Part shown: piece after piece, positions 40,631 to 54,596 of the stretch
How the letters are laid out: every line of letters begins with the position of its first letter
Numbering within the stretch: the stretch's first letter is position 1
NCBI GenBank assembly: GCA_002633005.1
Contig: NMRA01000563.1
Coordinates: 186,001 to 250,000 of the forward strand
Source: Phoronis australis
Lineage: Eukaryota > Animalia > Phoronida
Length of the DNA stretch: 64,000 bases
Direction of reading: 5' to 3'
Made by a program: the position numbers and the translations under genes
Notes under the pieces: generated by a model
The model's database searches: none
What the model was told of the DNA's origin: nothing
Seen by the model: only the letters and a program-made list of their open reading frames with translations

Positions 40631-41265
40631 TATCATCTGCTTGCATGAACGCTTTTTAGTTGTTCAAAAATCAGGAGAATATGTCAAATGATTACAATTC
40701 AGTTATAGAAACGACGATGAGAGGTGCATTTTTATTTCTTGGTAGTGGTGAACGAGGCTTCCCGAACAACACGGCTCACCGTCGTACTCATGGCTCACAG
40801 ACCTGTAAACTTAACTTACTCACTCACAAACACGGCTCTCTAACAGGGGTATCATAAGCCTAGTGCGACATAAGTCCGATTTATTACTGTAACAATTCGT
40901 GATTTATCCCAGTAATAATTCTTCAGGCAATCAAAAGCCAGGAATAATTACTGCTGCATTATTGGAGAATGCCGAAGCAGCAAATATTTACTAAATCATG
41001 TTATGAGGAATATTGTACCAGAGTCCTTGGGGAGGACGTGTGTAGGCCTACTGATCTGATATTTCCTTCACCAGTTTAAGAAAATAACAGGGGGACAAAT
41101 GATTATTGGTGAAAAGCATAAGTGATCAAGTGGACCAACAAGAGGAGCTAAGGTGGTCAAATATGAGGGCTGATAATCAATTAGTGCCACCCCTCCCTAT
41201 AGCCACATATCTACTGCTCAAAATTGCATAAGTAGAAATGCACACATGAAACCCATAAATTAGTC

Positions 41266-41271
41266 TTTATT
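41266..41271 (-). promoter_or_regulatory. Candidate polyadenylation signal of the Atos homolog (3' UTR about 1.8 kb)
   Basis: AATAAA on the minus strand downstream of the stop codon in AT-rich UTR-like sequence. No transcript evidence. Confidence 0.35.
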
Positions 41272-43029
41272 AAAACAAAGTATAATGTTAACATGAGGTC
41301 CATCAAAGATGTTTGCCTCTGGAAAGCAAACAACTGAAGACATAATAAAATAATTTGAAAATAACACTTAGTTTTAAACCCCTATTTGATATTAAAATTT
41401 CCTACTCGTTTCTGATTGTCCTCAACCTGCAACCACAAGCTTCTAAATCTAACCCCAAATGACAACCACATGGCTTATCCATAAGCAGGGTCTTGGTTTA
41501 CCAACAGTCCGATTCCCAGTCACAGCTAATGTGTTATTGTGAATGGACCCTGCCTTTTCTATACCAAGCAAAACATTGGAACTGATGTTAAATAACTGGT
41601 CCAGGACTGTTTATCAAATTCACACTTAACCACTATCTTCCTGAACTATGTTTAATGAGCTGTGAGGAAGTTAGGACCCTAGCTAAACCGGCATACGACC
41701 TTTGATTAAACAGGCCCCAGGATCTTCCAGGACAAAAGAAAATTCCAAGTTATAGGCGCGGGTAACAATCTACAAGGACTAACTCTAAACAGAAACTACA
41801 AAATACATGCACAGGTGTATTTTTGACTTCTGAACTATCTTTGAAATTCCATGACTTTTCAGGGTGTTTTGCTGTCAAAGATTTTTCTAATCCTAAATCA
41901 AAATCAATGACTTTCCAGACAGACCATCACAATTTTAGGCCTTGGGCTGACTATATGTATGCACCATGAGATAAAAAACAATACTAAGTCACTAATAACA
42001 TGATAAAAATTGTAATATTTATATTTGAACATTTCCACAAATAAGCCTTACTGAGATTTAATAAATAGAAATAAATAATAATTTAAATTTCCTGGTCTAC
42101 TAACTACTGTCTACCAAGTGCATATCAAATGCGGCCTTAAAATCATAACATCAACTTTATGAGTAAAACTAATTTGCAAGGTTTTGTTAAGCCATTCCAT
42201 GAAGTATTACTCTCGTCTTAAGATAATTTCCAACCTTTGAACGATGGCATATCACTCAGATTTAATCAACTTATTCTATCAACCCACAATAAAGTGAATT
42301 TTTTGAATCTTCATGATGAAACAAATGTATCTATCAATGACAAAGGGGACGCCAGCTTCTCTTAATACTGCATTCATATGGTGTCCGATCAGAAGAGAGA
42401 TCAGATGTACGATCCACCATCTGAAAAAATTCCATATTATCATGTGAGCACTTGTCCTGTGATCTGCCTTCTTATTGTCCACACCCAAATAAACTAGCAC
42501 CGATGGGTTCCAAAACTTCCCCCCATTCACAGAAACGGTGGACTTTATATGTCTAGCGGTAATATTTTACAGAGTAAAAGAAGGAAACTAAAGTCTTGCC
42601 AATTCATGCCATAACCTAACTGGGACCACATTGCAAGGCTGGCTTGTCACATTACAATTATGATATTATGCTTCAATCCCAAAAATCCCACTCGTCATTT
42701 AACTTTCTTAAACAGGTCTGTGAGAAGAGACAAAAGAGGCCGAAGGCATCGAACAGCTATAAGTATTCAAACCTACACAACCATCCTACATCATAAAGAC
42801 AATCATCCACTGACAAGCGGGACAAACTAACACATGAAACTGATTAACCTCAGTCATTTAAGTCATTTTATAATTTGAAAACATTGTGAAAAACACCAAG
42901 AATAAGCAGATGATCAAAATTAGCGATAAGATTTTGTGAGCACTTGCAGGTGCTCTCTAATGTGAAAAATTAAACAAAGAAATAATATGGAAAAACTTGC
43001 AATTACCATTAACTACATTTTCAAGGTAG

Positions 43030-43186
43030 TCATCTCTTTGGTGAATATCGCGGGTTTTCTGGTCGTTCCGTAAATGAGCGCAGTTCGTACGTTGCAATTC
43101 TCGAGTCGAATTCGAACTTGTCTCGAGAGAAAATGAGACGAATGTCAGTGTGAAGGTAAATCTTGCCTGACTTTGTACTTGAATAC
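43030..43186 (-). CDS. ATOSA: Atos homolog, terminal coding exon
   Basis: Acceptor tttttcatag with a phase-2 join. Reads (R)YSSTKSGKIYLHTDIRLIFSRDKFEFDSRIATYELRSFTERPENPRYSPKR-TGA, matching the FAM214 C-terminus SSKSGKIYLH.D.RL.FSR...P.NP..SPR. Confidence 0.95.
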
Positions 43187-43401
43187 CTATGAAAAAATCA
43201 AGTTGATGTAATCAGGAAATTATACCTCCAGGTAAAGTAACTCATAAGTGATGCAAATAATTTTTTCTCAAAGGACGTACATCGGTGCAAGCATTTAACT
43301 TAAAAAAATGCAGTCATGTCACTCGTTGAAATGCAGCACCCAAAACCAAATTGACAAGGAGATGCCAAGCTTTTATAAAAAGCTATAAATACAAGTTTCA
43401 C

Positions 43402-43580
43402 CTTAGATGAATGAGGTATCGTAGATAGGTAGGTAAGTTCATGGCCTCATGTGAACTTCTGAGGACCGGCATGTAGAAGGTGCGTTGCCGTAGAAACGTC
43501 TGACAGTTGGGAGGCATGTCGGTGAGATCATACATGACAACAAACATCTTGACCACAGCGCCCTCGGGGTTGAACAGCGT
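43402..43580 (-). CDS. ATOSA: Atos homolog, coding exon (Chromosome_seg domain)
   Basis: Boundaries ttttttacag / gtgaaa. Reads TLFNPEGAVVKMFVVMYDLTDMPPNCQTFLRQRTFYMPVLRSSHEAMNLPTYLRYLIHL(R), containing the family hallmarks TLFNP..VVKMFVV.YDL.DMP...QTFLRQRT and LRYLIHLR. Confidence 0.96.
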
Positions 43581-45337
43581 CTGTAAAAAAGGAGGCGAGA
43601 GGTGAAAGCCAGTATCTAGTCATGACAAGAAGAGTTGCAAAGGACACTGAACATGATGAAAGTGAAAACAATAGAATGAAAAGTGTGTATTATAATGCAT
43701 TATCATGTTTTGTCATGTAAGCTCATTCAAGTCACCCTTAAACCTGAAGTATTTAATAGTACTACTGGTCATAGTAAAGAATATAATTTCCAAAAAGGAA
43801 TAAAAAAACATTAACTAATTGCTTTTTCACTCTAAATGCATTTATGGTCAATCCTGACTGCAATGCAGCAATCTTCAATTACAGGGAGCTAAAATGCATT
43901 TTGGTGTCCTAAAGCAACAACTAAAACTTAAAATTTGACATTGGCAAATTAACCTGTTATCAGGCATATGATGATGGTGGTCAGAAGTTCATAACACAAT
44001 ATGGAGTCGATGCAATCCTAAGCACTTCCAGGACCATAAGCTGGACATGCTACTAGTCATCAAGTTGAAAACAAAGTCTTGATTTATTAAGCACGTCTAA
44101 TCTTAATTCCATCAGCTTAATGTGCATGGGCATAAAACCACAAGGCATTCACCAAACAGACTTGTAGGAATTTCAACTGTTTCGACTATGGTAAAATCTC
44201 ACCAATTTAGGACAAAATGAAGGACAAGTGAAATGTCATTTTCTTACTCTTTTCAAAAAATAGCTGTTTAGCATTTTCAAGTTCTGAAGTATAGCTACCA
44301 TAAGACTAGTTTGAAGCTCTTGAAAAATGAAAAAGGACAATTTTGGTAAATCTGTTCATAACTGGTGAGAATATCCCATATGTGTGCTGACTACTCTGAG
44401 GGCGGTCTATTAAGACATATTTGTGCTATGTGGTTTATGATGAATAAATACCGCACTTTAAAAATCAATGGCATTCTCTTTTTGTTGTTCAAATCACCAT
44501 TGTTCAATCTCTAGAAACCCACCGATGAAGTCACATTTACACGTTTTTTATTACCAAACACCTGGGGACCATTCTATAATCCACAATACTTGAAAGTTGA
44601 AGATAAGTGAGATCAAGGACTTAGCTTGTAATGCCTGCCAAACTTGCAAGAATCTAATAGTATAAGCCTTGTGGAAAGCACCTCTGAGCTTCATTTATGG
44701 GTTTTCCAAATCCTAGATGTATGATCACAGAAATGCCTTGCCAAGTGCATGAAATGCCTAAGTCTATTTTTAGCTATGTAATCATTTCTTTAATCCCAAG
44801 ATATTAATTTTTGACACCACACCAGGAAGATACTGAAAAGTAATAAATTTTCAATGAACAGATACATTGCATCAATAAGTTCTTTTAAGTTGGTGTTTCC
44901 AGGGTAGCACTTGGAATATAAGTTGAAGAACTGCAACCAGTGGTGACCAGAGTACAGAAATTCTCCACTTAATTCGCACAAAACAAATGTATTTTTCGAT
45001 TGGCAGGTTGTGTGAAATAAACTGAATTTGTGGTTGACTGGTGTTCGATATTAACTGAATAACCAAACACCATCATGTGCACGTGGGCAAATTTAACAAA
45101 ATTCCACCTATGTGTTGCCATCATGATTCAGTTAACAGTAATTAAATTACTCATCCTCTTCCAATATAAGAGTACTTTAATAGCGGAGTTGCAACCGAAT
45201 CGATTTAACGATTGCGCATGTCCGGAAATTAGGGTGCGCAAAGGCTATTGGGATTGATTAGGGTATATGGAATGGCCGATTGGTTTGCACGAAGTGTGAT
45301 TTGTATGTATTAAACTACGCTGCTGTATGTAATTCTG

Positions 45338-46482
45338 CCGCTATTCGCCATAATGAGCACCCATACCCCAAAAAGTGTCCCAACGCGTTTTCAGACTTTG
45401 CTAAAGTAAGCGCCCAGCACATGAACTACATGCGAAAAATGCCTTACCAACAGTTCTAAAGTCTACAATTTGAAAATTGAAAGATCCGACAGTCCTGAAT
45501 TTGTAGACCACGAGCCTCACCGTTATGTCCGTATACACTTCAAACTTACGCCGCGATGCAAAAAGAACGCAAAAGTTTTGCTGCTCTTGCGAGGGATTTG
45601 CCCCACTACGCGGGTCTGGACTTTGAAAACAGACGCAGCGTACTTCCGGTACAGATCTTCACCGGCCTCAACAGGAATCCAAACTTCTTTGTACACGTGA
45701 AAACCGTGAATCGAAGACTAATAAAAAAACTCGACCAGTGTTAGCACACGGCCAAGAAGCGCGCGCTGCATAATGTACCGGCTGTCATCGAAGACATTTA
45801 GTAGGGAACTATCTATTCATGAAACGGGTAACATAGCATCGGCAAGAAATAAATACTGGCACTAATTTCCGAAAGTTTCTAATACCATAAAAAACTTTTG
45901 CATTATTTTTAAGATAAATTATTTAACTAATCATAATTGGTGTTTTTAAAGTCAAAATGACCCACTGATAGTGAACACATTCGCACCCTTACACCCCAAA
46001 TCTTCCTGAAAATAGCTGTTACACTACGGTCACGCATCCACTCACCCGGCGACTCAATGAGTGACATATCGGTCTTACTGAAACAATTCTCGAACGTTTT
46101 TTAGCAGATGAGGCCAGCAAGTGTTAAGCTAAATATTAAAACATGCTCTGCTTGACTGCTTGAGTTAATTTCTTTGGATACAATGCACACCTAGATCATT
46201 ACATCGCATTTACTCTGGCAAATGAACTCTGATGACAAGCACACGCACGCTTACTCTCACACACACGCATACAAACTTCAAAACAGATGTCACGTGACAA
46301 CAACATGTGTGTTCCTCCAGAGTTTATTCTCGTGTTACGGGCTACAATCTAGTGCAGATTTGGACTTAATCTGCAGTTAATCCAGACTCCACAAGAACTT
46401 AAAAATCTTAGACACGCTATTTGGAAAACTTGAGGAGGATTTCAGGTAATTTGTCGAGTCGAAGCTGTATTCTTATTCAAGA
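45338..46482 (-). mobile_element. Second, truncated copy of the HIRAN-bearing pogo-like element, nested in the AATAG element
   Basis: Colinear reverse-complement similarity to about 62395-63610 over roughly 1.1 kb. Starts with a degenerate end CCGCTATTCGCCATAATGAGCACCC. Confidence 0.8.
45550..45717 (-). pseudogene. HIRAN-like domain relic (second copy)
   Basis: SSIHGFHVYKEVWIPVEAGEDLYRKYAASVFKVQTRVVGQIPRKSSKTFAFFLHRG. The NPxD segment is deleted relative to the 63171 copy. Confidence 0.7.
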
Positions 46483-46625
46483 ATTCTAGCCCCATCGACG
46501 ATTGCAAGACCGGCAGCTACGCATTTGTCGTGATTATCCTCAAAATTGCTCATGTTGGCTTGGTTCTGGTCAAGCGAAAACAAGTTTTTCACTACCAACC
46601 GCCGTGGAGTATTTGTTACTGTTTC

Positions 46626-46869
46626 TTTCAAGGGAAATATTGTTGGGCAGTTTCCAAGATACGTTTTCTTGCCGGCGCCATCAAAATGAGCGCTGCATAC
46701 TTTATGCTACGAAGTCGGAAAGAATTCACTTAGTCGGCCTTTGCTACAAGCTCTACCGATGTGTCTGACCCATGTTTAACGCAGTTCTTGATCCTTGGGA
46801 AACACTATAACTAAATTCTTTATCTCGCTAACTGGTATTATAGCAGCCAGGCACACAACACGTATAACC
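46626..46869 (-). pseudogene. Decayed THAP domain (not in the ORF track)
   Basis: GYTCCVPGCYNTS*RDKEFSY/VFPKDQELR*TWVRHIGR...PTS*HKVCSAHFDGAGKKTYLGNCPTIFPLK: full C2CH, FP, W and PTIF boxes, interrupted by three stops and a frameshift. Confidence 0.88.
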
Positions 46870-48283
46870 TCCCTGAGGCCGGTTCGCCCCCACGCTTGCC
46901 GACGTACTTGTTTACTGGCTTAACTACAATACAACATTCTGACCCATTTCCAATATGGCGGCGTTGCAACTCCGCTATTGAGAAAATGTTTTTGGGTTAC
47001 GGGACACTTATCTAGGTCACTAGGTCACCTCTTTCACATCATGTTAGAACAGCATGAGATATAACATATAAATTATAAATGAGTGGTGTGGTGAATAACC
47101 AGGGATCAGACTTAAGTAACACATTTAAAAAGGTGCCTATTACATATTCATGCTTTGCCGACAGAACTGACCACATGTGAATTAGGTGAGACAAGAAATT
47201 TCCCATGTATGGTCTCATGCGAAATAAGTGAAGTACAAAATATTATTTTTCTACACATTTTTGGGTGTGTAAAATGACGAGGCGAGTAAGCTAAATTAGT
47301 GGAGAATTACTGTACTCTTTTACTGTAGCTTCTTTTTAGTTGTTTCACCATGATGCTTCCATTATGTTATGCCACACAATAGACAATGTATAACTGCCAC
47401 AGGCAGGGAGTGATTATATTCACACAAACATGAACAAAGCCACAAAGATTATACAAAAATCGTTTATTCTTTTGTTGATGTGTTTGTGAATCATCACCTC
47501 AGTCAACTACAAAATGGACACTAGAGATCGAGTTTGGTTAAAATGCACTGTGAGCCCAAGATCGTAACAATGAAGTTATGTCAAATTACCAATGAAATTA
47601 ATGTATTTTGGTGAGATCGCTTTTCACAACTTACTGTGTTCATAAAGTGCCAAACTCTGTGCAGCAACTTGGACTTGGTGAATTCGTCATACATTATCAA
47701 TGGTCATATGTATGCAGACACACAACTCTCTCAGGATCAAAATTATGTTTTGTCTTCGTTTCCATGGCATCTTGCTAAGCTACGAAAACCTCCTTTACGC
47801 TACATCATGGCTATTCAGTGAATGAAAGGGCTGTAGGTATACACAAAACTGCTCTATGACTGGCGGGAGATTGGACTGAATGACAGCTCAGTAACCTTTG
47901 AACTTGGATATGTAGTAAAGAAATTTCCACACCATTGAGGTGAGTCTGGGAAATTGTTTTTTTTCTACCATAAACAGGCATGATGTCAATTTTAAAGTCA
48001 ACTAGAAATGAAGGTAAACAATTCATCCACACATGCAGTCAATATTGCAACAAACTTAAAATTTAAAAGTTAAGTCCTACATATCCCTATTTACTCCAAC
48101 GAAGACTAATTGTCAACTGACACGCCAAGTTGTGTTTTTCATATTGCATCACTGCGAGAACACAGGGCAAAGAATAAAATGCATTTGTGTTGAATACTGG
48201 ACTGAATAGAATATACCATATAAGGAATTCTTTTTGACGTTGAGAGATGTAAGCCAATAAGCCTTGCCGTTCTTTACATTTGG

Positions 48284-48752
48284 TAAATTATGTCATTGGT
48301 GACGCTACATAATGTAGAGACCAACTTATATTACTGGTGATGCTGCGTAATGTAGACAGCAAATTATGTTATTGGTGATGCTACATAAGGTATAGAGCAA
48401 ATCATGTCAGTAACTGGTGATGCTACCTAATGTAAAGAGCAAACTATGTTACACTTCATAAGGTAGAGAGTATGTCAATGGTGATGCTACATAATGTAGA
48501 GAGCAACTTATGTCACTGGTGATGTTGTCGCAAAGTAAAGAGCAAATTATGTCATTAGTGATGCTACGTAATGTAAGGAGCAAATTATGTTATTGGTGAT
48601 GCTTCATAAGGTAGAGAGCAAATTATGCTACTGGTCATGCTATATAGGGTAGAGAGCAACTTATGTCACTGGTGATGTTGCATAATGTAAAGAGCAAATT
48701 ATGTTACTGGTCATGGTACAAAATGTAAAGAGCAAATTATGTCACTGGTCAT
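48284..48752. repeat. 38-bp minisatellite
   Basis: Unit AGCAAATTATGTCACTGGTGATGCTACATAATGTAGAG, about 12 diverged copies. Confidence 0.9.
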
Positions 48753-49153
48753 GTACTGTGCAGACGTCATAAAACAACAGTGTTTAGCTGGTTTGTACTG
48801 TGTAGAGGTCACAAACAGCAGTGTTTAGCTGGTTTGCACTATGCAGACGTCATAAAACAACAGTGTTTAGCTGATTTGTACTATGTAGATGTCATAAAAC
48901 AATAGTGTTTAGCTGGTTTGTACTGTGTAGACGTCATAGAACAAGTGTTTAGCTGTTTTGTACTGAGTAGGCGTCATAAAACAGCAGTGTTTAGCTGGTT
49001 TGAACTATGTAGACGTCATAAAACAGCAGTGTTAAGCTGGTTTGTACTGTGTAGATGTCATAAAACAACAGTGTTTAGCTGGTTTGTACTGTGTAGACAT
49101 CATAAAACAGCAGTGTTAAGCTAGTTTGTACTGTGTACATGTCATAAAACAAC
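48753..49153. repeat. 42-bp minisatellite
   Basis: Unit GTACTGTGTAGACGTCATAAAACAACAGTGTTTAGCTGGTTT, about 9.5 copies. Confidence 0.92.
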
Positions 49154-51449
49154 ATTTGGAAAAGTTTCCATTATTTGCAGCAAGGTAATCAGCCTTTAAA
49201 AATTGACAAATGGCAATTTTGACAATTATTTTGGTGCGAAATAACTGGAGAATTACAGTACTGTTCAACAAAGGCTTTAAACTCAACATAAACAATGTTT
49301 GGATGACGAAAGTGCAGAGGTGATTGTTAGCTTATGTTTTAATATCTCTTAAAGCTGCACAGTACAAACTAGTTACTCCACCTAGTGTTAAGTCATGGCA
49401 CCAAGTGTCCAGTCATAGAACTAGATTTTTCTAATTCGACTAGATGCCAAAATGCTTCTGGCGAACAAAATGACACGTGATTTTCATTATTTATCCATTT
49501 GGGGGTCAGCATTAAAGTACGGTTGAACTCGTGTACAAGAAGAGTCAAATAAAACATGGCAAGAAAATATGAGTGTTTGCCTGCATGAGTAAAACAAGAT
49601 GCCAATGAAACTTTGATTATTGATAACTCAAAGATAAACGAGTTTTGTACAACTGGTTCACACAAGATTAATCTTCACACACACATTAATGCAAGTCTTA
49701 ATTATATAAACTGGAGGTGGGCATAAATGTGTGTATCTGCTTTTAAGATGTGAAAATTTTATTAGAAATTTTGTGGATAAGCTGAATATGGGCTTGAACC
49801 TGTTCAAGTACGGTATTAATTTATTTGTATAAATGTATAAATGTTTTGTTACATGTAATCTCATTTATCCATATACCTAATGTACACGTATTTAATTATC
49901 AATTATTCTTTATCTTGGACCAGTCTTTTGTTAAAACTCTCCTGTGTTATCTTTGTCAGCATAATTTTTATCCATCATCTGTTCTGTTCATACAATTTTG
50001 TATTTTCTCATATTTTGTCCTACACATGTATTTTTTTCAAAGCCTATGTTGAATCAATTCTTAATGGAGTCTGTCCGATACAATGACTTGACAGGTAGGA
50101 CAAACCTACAAAACACTTCTACACCTGTGCAAGGACAAGTTGAGACCATTATGTCACCTAGATAAGCGGTCAAATTCATAAGCTTGTTTTTTACATTGTA
50201 CATTGTCAAAGGTTAGAACTTGAATTAATTAATTAGGGAAATGATTGAATCCTTTGAAGCACAGAAAAAATGCAGTTATTAATAAACCCTTCAAGGAAGA
50301 GTTGCCAGACAAAAATGAATGTCATATGGTAGACAGTCCACAGACAATCTAATACCATTTGCTGAGGTATAATCTCATTCAAACATGAACACCACGGTTT
50401 TCCACTCAAGTCTTTTCACACTGTTTCATGCACAAGGTCAAATTCTACAATTAATGCGTGTGTATGTGAAGTATGCCAACCAAGGGGCATCACAACAACA
50501 GAAGGTGTGAGTTGCAACGGCGCTCATATTGTGTACAGGTGTCAAGCCCAGCTCTGGATTAAGTTTTCGCAGGGACCTAAGCTATAAGCCCAGTTGGCCA
50601 TTCTGCTATAAGTCTTTTGATTTACTATGAAACATCAGTGATCTCATTTATTTGTAAATAAACAATTTATTATTTATTATTATTATTTTATTAATGTAAT
50701 ATTTACAATGCATTTTGATTGCTGATGTCTTCATTATTTGAAAGTATATTCAGTATTTTTCTGCAAAACATTCATGAACAATGACCAAGGTAGCCCTAGT
50801 TATTTTGTCTGGCTCATGCACTTGCATAGTTTCCAAAGACATTGGGGAAACATGCTATAACTATAAAACTCTTTTCATGCCTTATGTTGTTTCATATGCA
50901 GAGAACTTCCCAGTTGAAATACGCAACCTCCTTTTTACTAAACTGTGAGGTGTGATTGTGACGCAGTGTTTATGGCCATGAGCTGTAGCTGTATAGTTAT
51001 GTTAATGGACAATGCGACCTTGAACAATCAAGCAGAAAAATTCTACATAAATCTCCATCTCAGTTTCTTGGATAACTATAACCAAACACATCAGTATAAT
51101 GAATACGAGATAATCAATCTAGTCGTAGAAGGCAGATTTGATTTACTACCAGGTTTACAACATGACAGGGCACTTCACAACTGTGGACAAGACAACACTG
51201 CCATCTTTTGATGGCAAAATAAGCCAAATCCCTACTGAATGCTGCATAGTTTCTATAGCAACAGCAGCAACTTGGGGAGGTGAGGAGAAAGTAATGCATA
51301 ATTCAAAACACTGGAGAGCTTGACAACCAAAAAATTTGGTTCACAAATGAGATGATCTACTCTCTTCGCATGCATAGCATATTTTATATAATGTTTTTGT
51401 GTTTCACCAGCCTGAAGAAACGAAATAACAATGACCTTATGTATCTTAA

Positions 51450-52830
51450 GGTTATCTGCAACCTTATTTACCGTCCTCCATTCTCGTTAGCTTTGTCAAC
51501 TAGTAAAGAAAAAAACAAAGATCAGGAAATATAAATACACTTCTTTTATTTATTTGACCTTATTATTTTTACGTAAAAACCTTTTTTAAGTCAAAATTTC
51601 ATTTTTAAGAAAGGTACATTCATAGCAAAATAACCCCTCAGTCGATTTTAAAGAAACCTTTCTTAAATGAAAACTTCACCAGTTACCTCAAAAACGCTCT
51701 TAGGAATTTTCGATTAGTCTTTGCATTTGGTTTCTATGACAAATCAACTCGCAAAACGTAATGTATTTTTGTAAAAAATTGAAGTCGTATTCGTCTTTGT
51801 CACATTACGCAAAAACTAGGCCTTATATCAAAAATCCTAACAGTATTTTTGAGATTGATGACCAAATACTAAGTTTGGAAAGTTTCAGCGAAATCCATCT
51901 AGCCCTTTTTGAGCACTAGTGTTCCTAAATTTAAATAAGGTCGATTTGCCGAAGCCGAGAAAAAGTCGATTTAACTGGGACTAGTGAATATCTCAAAGTC
52001 TTCGGTTAATTATTCGTTGAAAACTAGTTTTCGGTACACATAACCTATACAGGTCCTAACTATGTTAGGTATTTCAACGTTCACTCGCAACATCAACTGA
52101 TTTTGCAGTGCGTAACTAACTTAATTATCATTAACACCTCCAATAGACGTATTGTTCCCAGCCAACTTTTACTGTTTATTTACAACCTACTTTCTAAGTA
52201 GGTCACAGTTCATAGCCTGTACACGTGACGTGCTGGGAAACTGATACAAAACCAAGTAAGAAATGGATTACAAAAATCGAATCGATGGTTAAAGCATGTC
52301 ATTAGCATGAGATCGAAACGTCGAAATGTCAACTTATTAATTGAATTAAGGAATTAGGGCAAGGATTTATCTCTTTTCACAACTTTCTATGTTCATGACC
52401 ACAGAGGCCTGAGGCGACTCGTATCACTCGTTTTCAAAGCCAACGGTCGTATGCATGTAAACGCACAACTCCCTTAGGATCAAAACTACATTTTGTCTTT
52501 ATTTTCCCCGGCACCATTCTATCATAAGTACACCTCGTTGGCTCAATGTTATGGCGACTTTGTGAATGAAAGGACTGAGGGTATGCGAAGCTGTTCTGTA
52601 CCTGGCGGGAGATTTGATTTAAACGAAAGTCCTTTAACCTTGGTTAAGAAGTAAACAAATATCCACGCGGTTGTGCAGGTCCAAGGTGGTTCTCCTAAAT
52701 CTTTTTTCCTTACTACGCAGTATATATTTTGTATTTGAAGTTCTCCGAGAATGAAGATGAGGTATTTTGCTAGACACAAGTGAAATATTATAAAAATGGC
52801 CAATTTTTGTGAATAAGGTTGGAGATAACC
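51450..52830. mobile_element. Non-autonomous Kolobok-type element in Atos intron
   Basis: TTAA on both sides (51446-51449, 52831-52834). 22-bp TIR GGTTATCT(G/C)CAACCTTATT(T/C)AC with 2 mismatches. No coding relic recognised. Confidence 0.8.
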
Positions 52831-54238
52831 TTAAATAAGCATTCCTTCTTAAAACACAGTCATCAGTACACATTACTATGACTTAATTTTTCAGACTGTT
52901 CAACAACAGATCATCACTCTGATATCATCCTGACAATAGATGGATTTCACTAGTATTAAAGTCCTAGAAGCATACGATTTTAACCTTTATTAAATGGTTA
53001 GAAGAAACTAAAAGGAACCAAGCAGTAACTATACCATAACCAATACACAATCCGTAGTCAAAGAAAGTTTAAATAGACATGCTTCTCATGATTCCAACCC
53101 AAAGAACACACCGCCATTTCGAACTAACCGCGAAACCAAAAGTATAATTCATTATGTGTAACTGGAGCAGTGTCTGTTACTTGCAAACCACCTTGGACAA
53201 AATAATCGATAGTGAACCTTAAATTTTAATAAACCCAAATCAGGGACAATTTGTATTGAAACTATTGACGAAATGTGGCAAATGAATTTTCACAGAAATT
53301 ATTTTGCTGGACTCGGACCTGCAGCCGATGACCCGGTGCGGACGAGAACAGCACTGGCGAAAGGTGAAGGCATGTGGTGGCCGGCTGTTTTATCGGAATA
53401 AACTGTTCGAATCATAAATGCCATATATATACAAGGATAGCTTCAAAGACTTGCATATAATTATGGACTAGTCACAGTCATGCACCAACAATAAACAAGG
53501 CCGACTATGGAGACTAAGCTAAGCGTATTTTACTGGGTGTAATTACCTCTGGTAAGCAAACAGTATAAGGATGGCAACAAACATGCAATATCAAAATGAC
53601 TGAATAAAACTGCTATACAGTTAGAATATCTTGACGAATAAACTTGTGAACGTATAAAAAAAAATTTAGACAGGGAACCTAAGAAACTGGTGGTCTTCCG
53701 CAACTGCTGTTACGGCTGGGCAGCTGACAACCAACAACAAATGACAGAATACCATTTGGTGCCAAAATAATGTCAGAAAGAAAACTTACCATAGTGCTCA
53801 GTGGTATAATATAAGTATTAGTGAGTTAAAGTTCGTATAAACTACTACCTGGCGGAGCCTGAATGCCTGGCCTAACTAGATATCTGTGCTCCGCCATGCA
53901 GGCCTTGAATTGGTGAAATGCGTGTGATAAAGAGATTAAAAAATACTAAATTATGCTCCTAACACTGTTATATTTTCCAATAGCCAACATTCAGCTCATT
54001 GACTACTATTCACTACCCTCCCATCCCATTTGCGTTTTCAATTGCGGAATTTTTATGTTTAGACAACAGAGGTATATAATGTAATATTTCATCACGTTTA
54101 AAGTATATTATCCCTAATAATTGAAAATCAAAGCCAATTTAGCAAGTGATTATTTTACCGGCTAAGAGCCACGGAAACTGCAGGGGAATTACTTCGCCGG
54201 TTACTGTGTCCAGGCAGCAAAATCAAGCACAGGTGCGT

Positions 54239-54596
54239 GTTATTACCATTGAGGTGTGGAGCTCACTGTTATTACCACTGAGGTGTGGAGCTCAGTGTTA
54301 TTACCATTGAGGTATGGAGCTCAGTGTTATTACCACTGAGGTGTGGAGCTCACTGTCATTACCACTGAGGTGTGGAGCTCAGTGTCATTACCACAGAGGT
54401 GTGGAGCTCAGTGTTATTACCACTGAGGTGTGGAGCTCAGTGTTAGTACCATTGAAATGTGGAGCTCAGTGTTATTACTATTGAGGTGTGGAGCTCAGTG
54501 TTATTACCATTGAGGTGTGGAGCTCACTGTTATTACCACTGAGGTGTGGAGCTCAGTGTTATTACCATTGAGGTGTGGAGCTCAGTGTTATTACCA
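54239..54596. repeat. 29-bp minisatellite running into the assembly gap
   Basis: Unit GTTATTACCA(T/C)TGAGGTGTGGAGCTCAGT, about 12 copies with no spacers. Confidence 0.95.

Larger units (their letters stand above)
45179..46979. mobile_element. TIR element with AATAG ends (PIF/Harbinger ISL2EU-like) carrying a THAP relic and a nested insertion
   Basis: Perfect 17-bp inverted ends AATAGCGGAGTTGCAAC / GTTGCAACTCCGCTATT. The family assignment is inferred from the end type plus the THAP domain. Confidence 0.75.

Noticed and set aside
54239-54596. 29-bp repeats resembling a CRISPR array
   Set aside because: Units are head-to-tail with no unique spacers, there are no cas genes, and the context is a eukaryotic intron.
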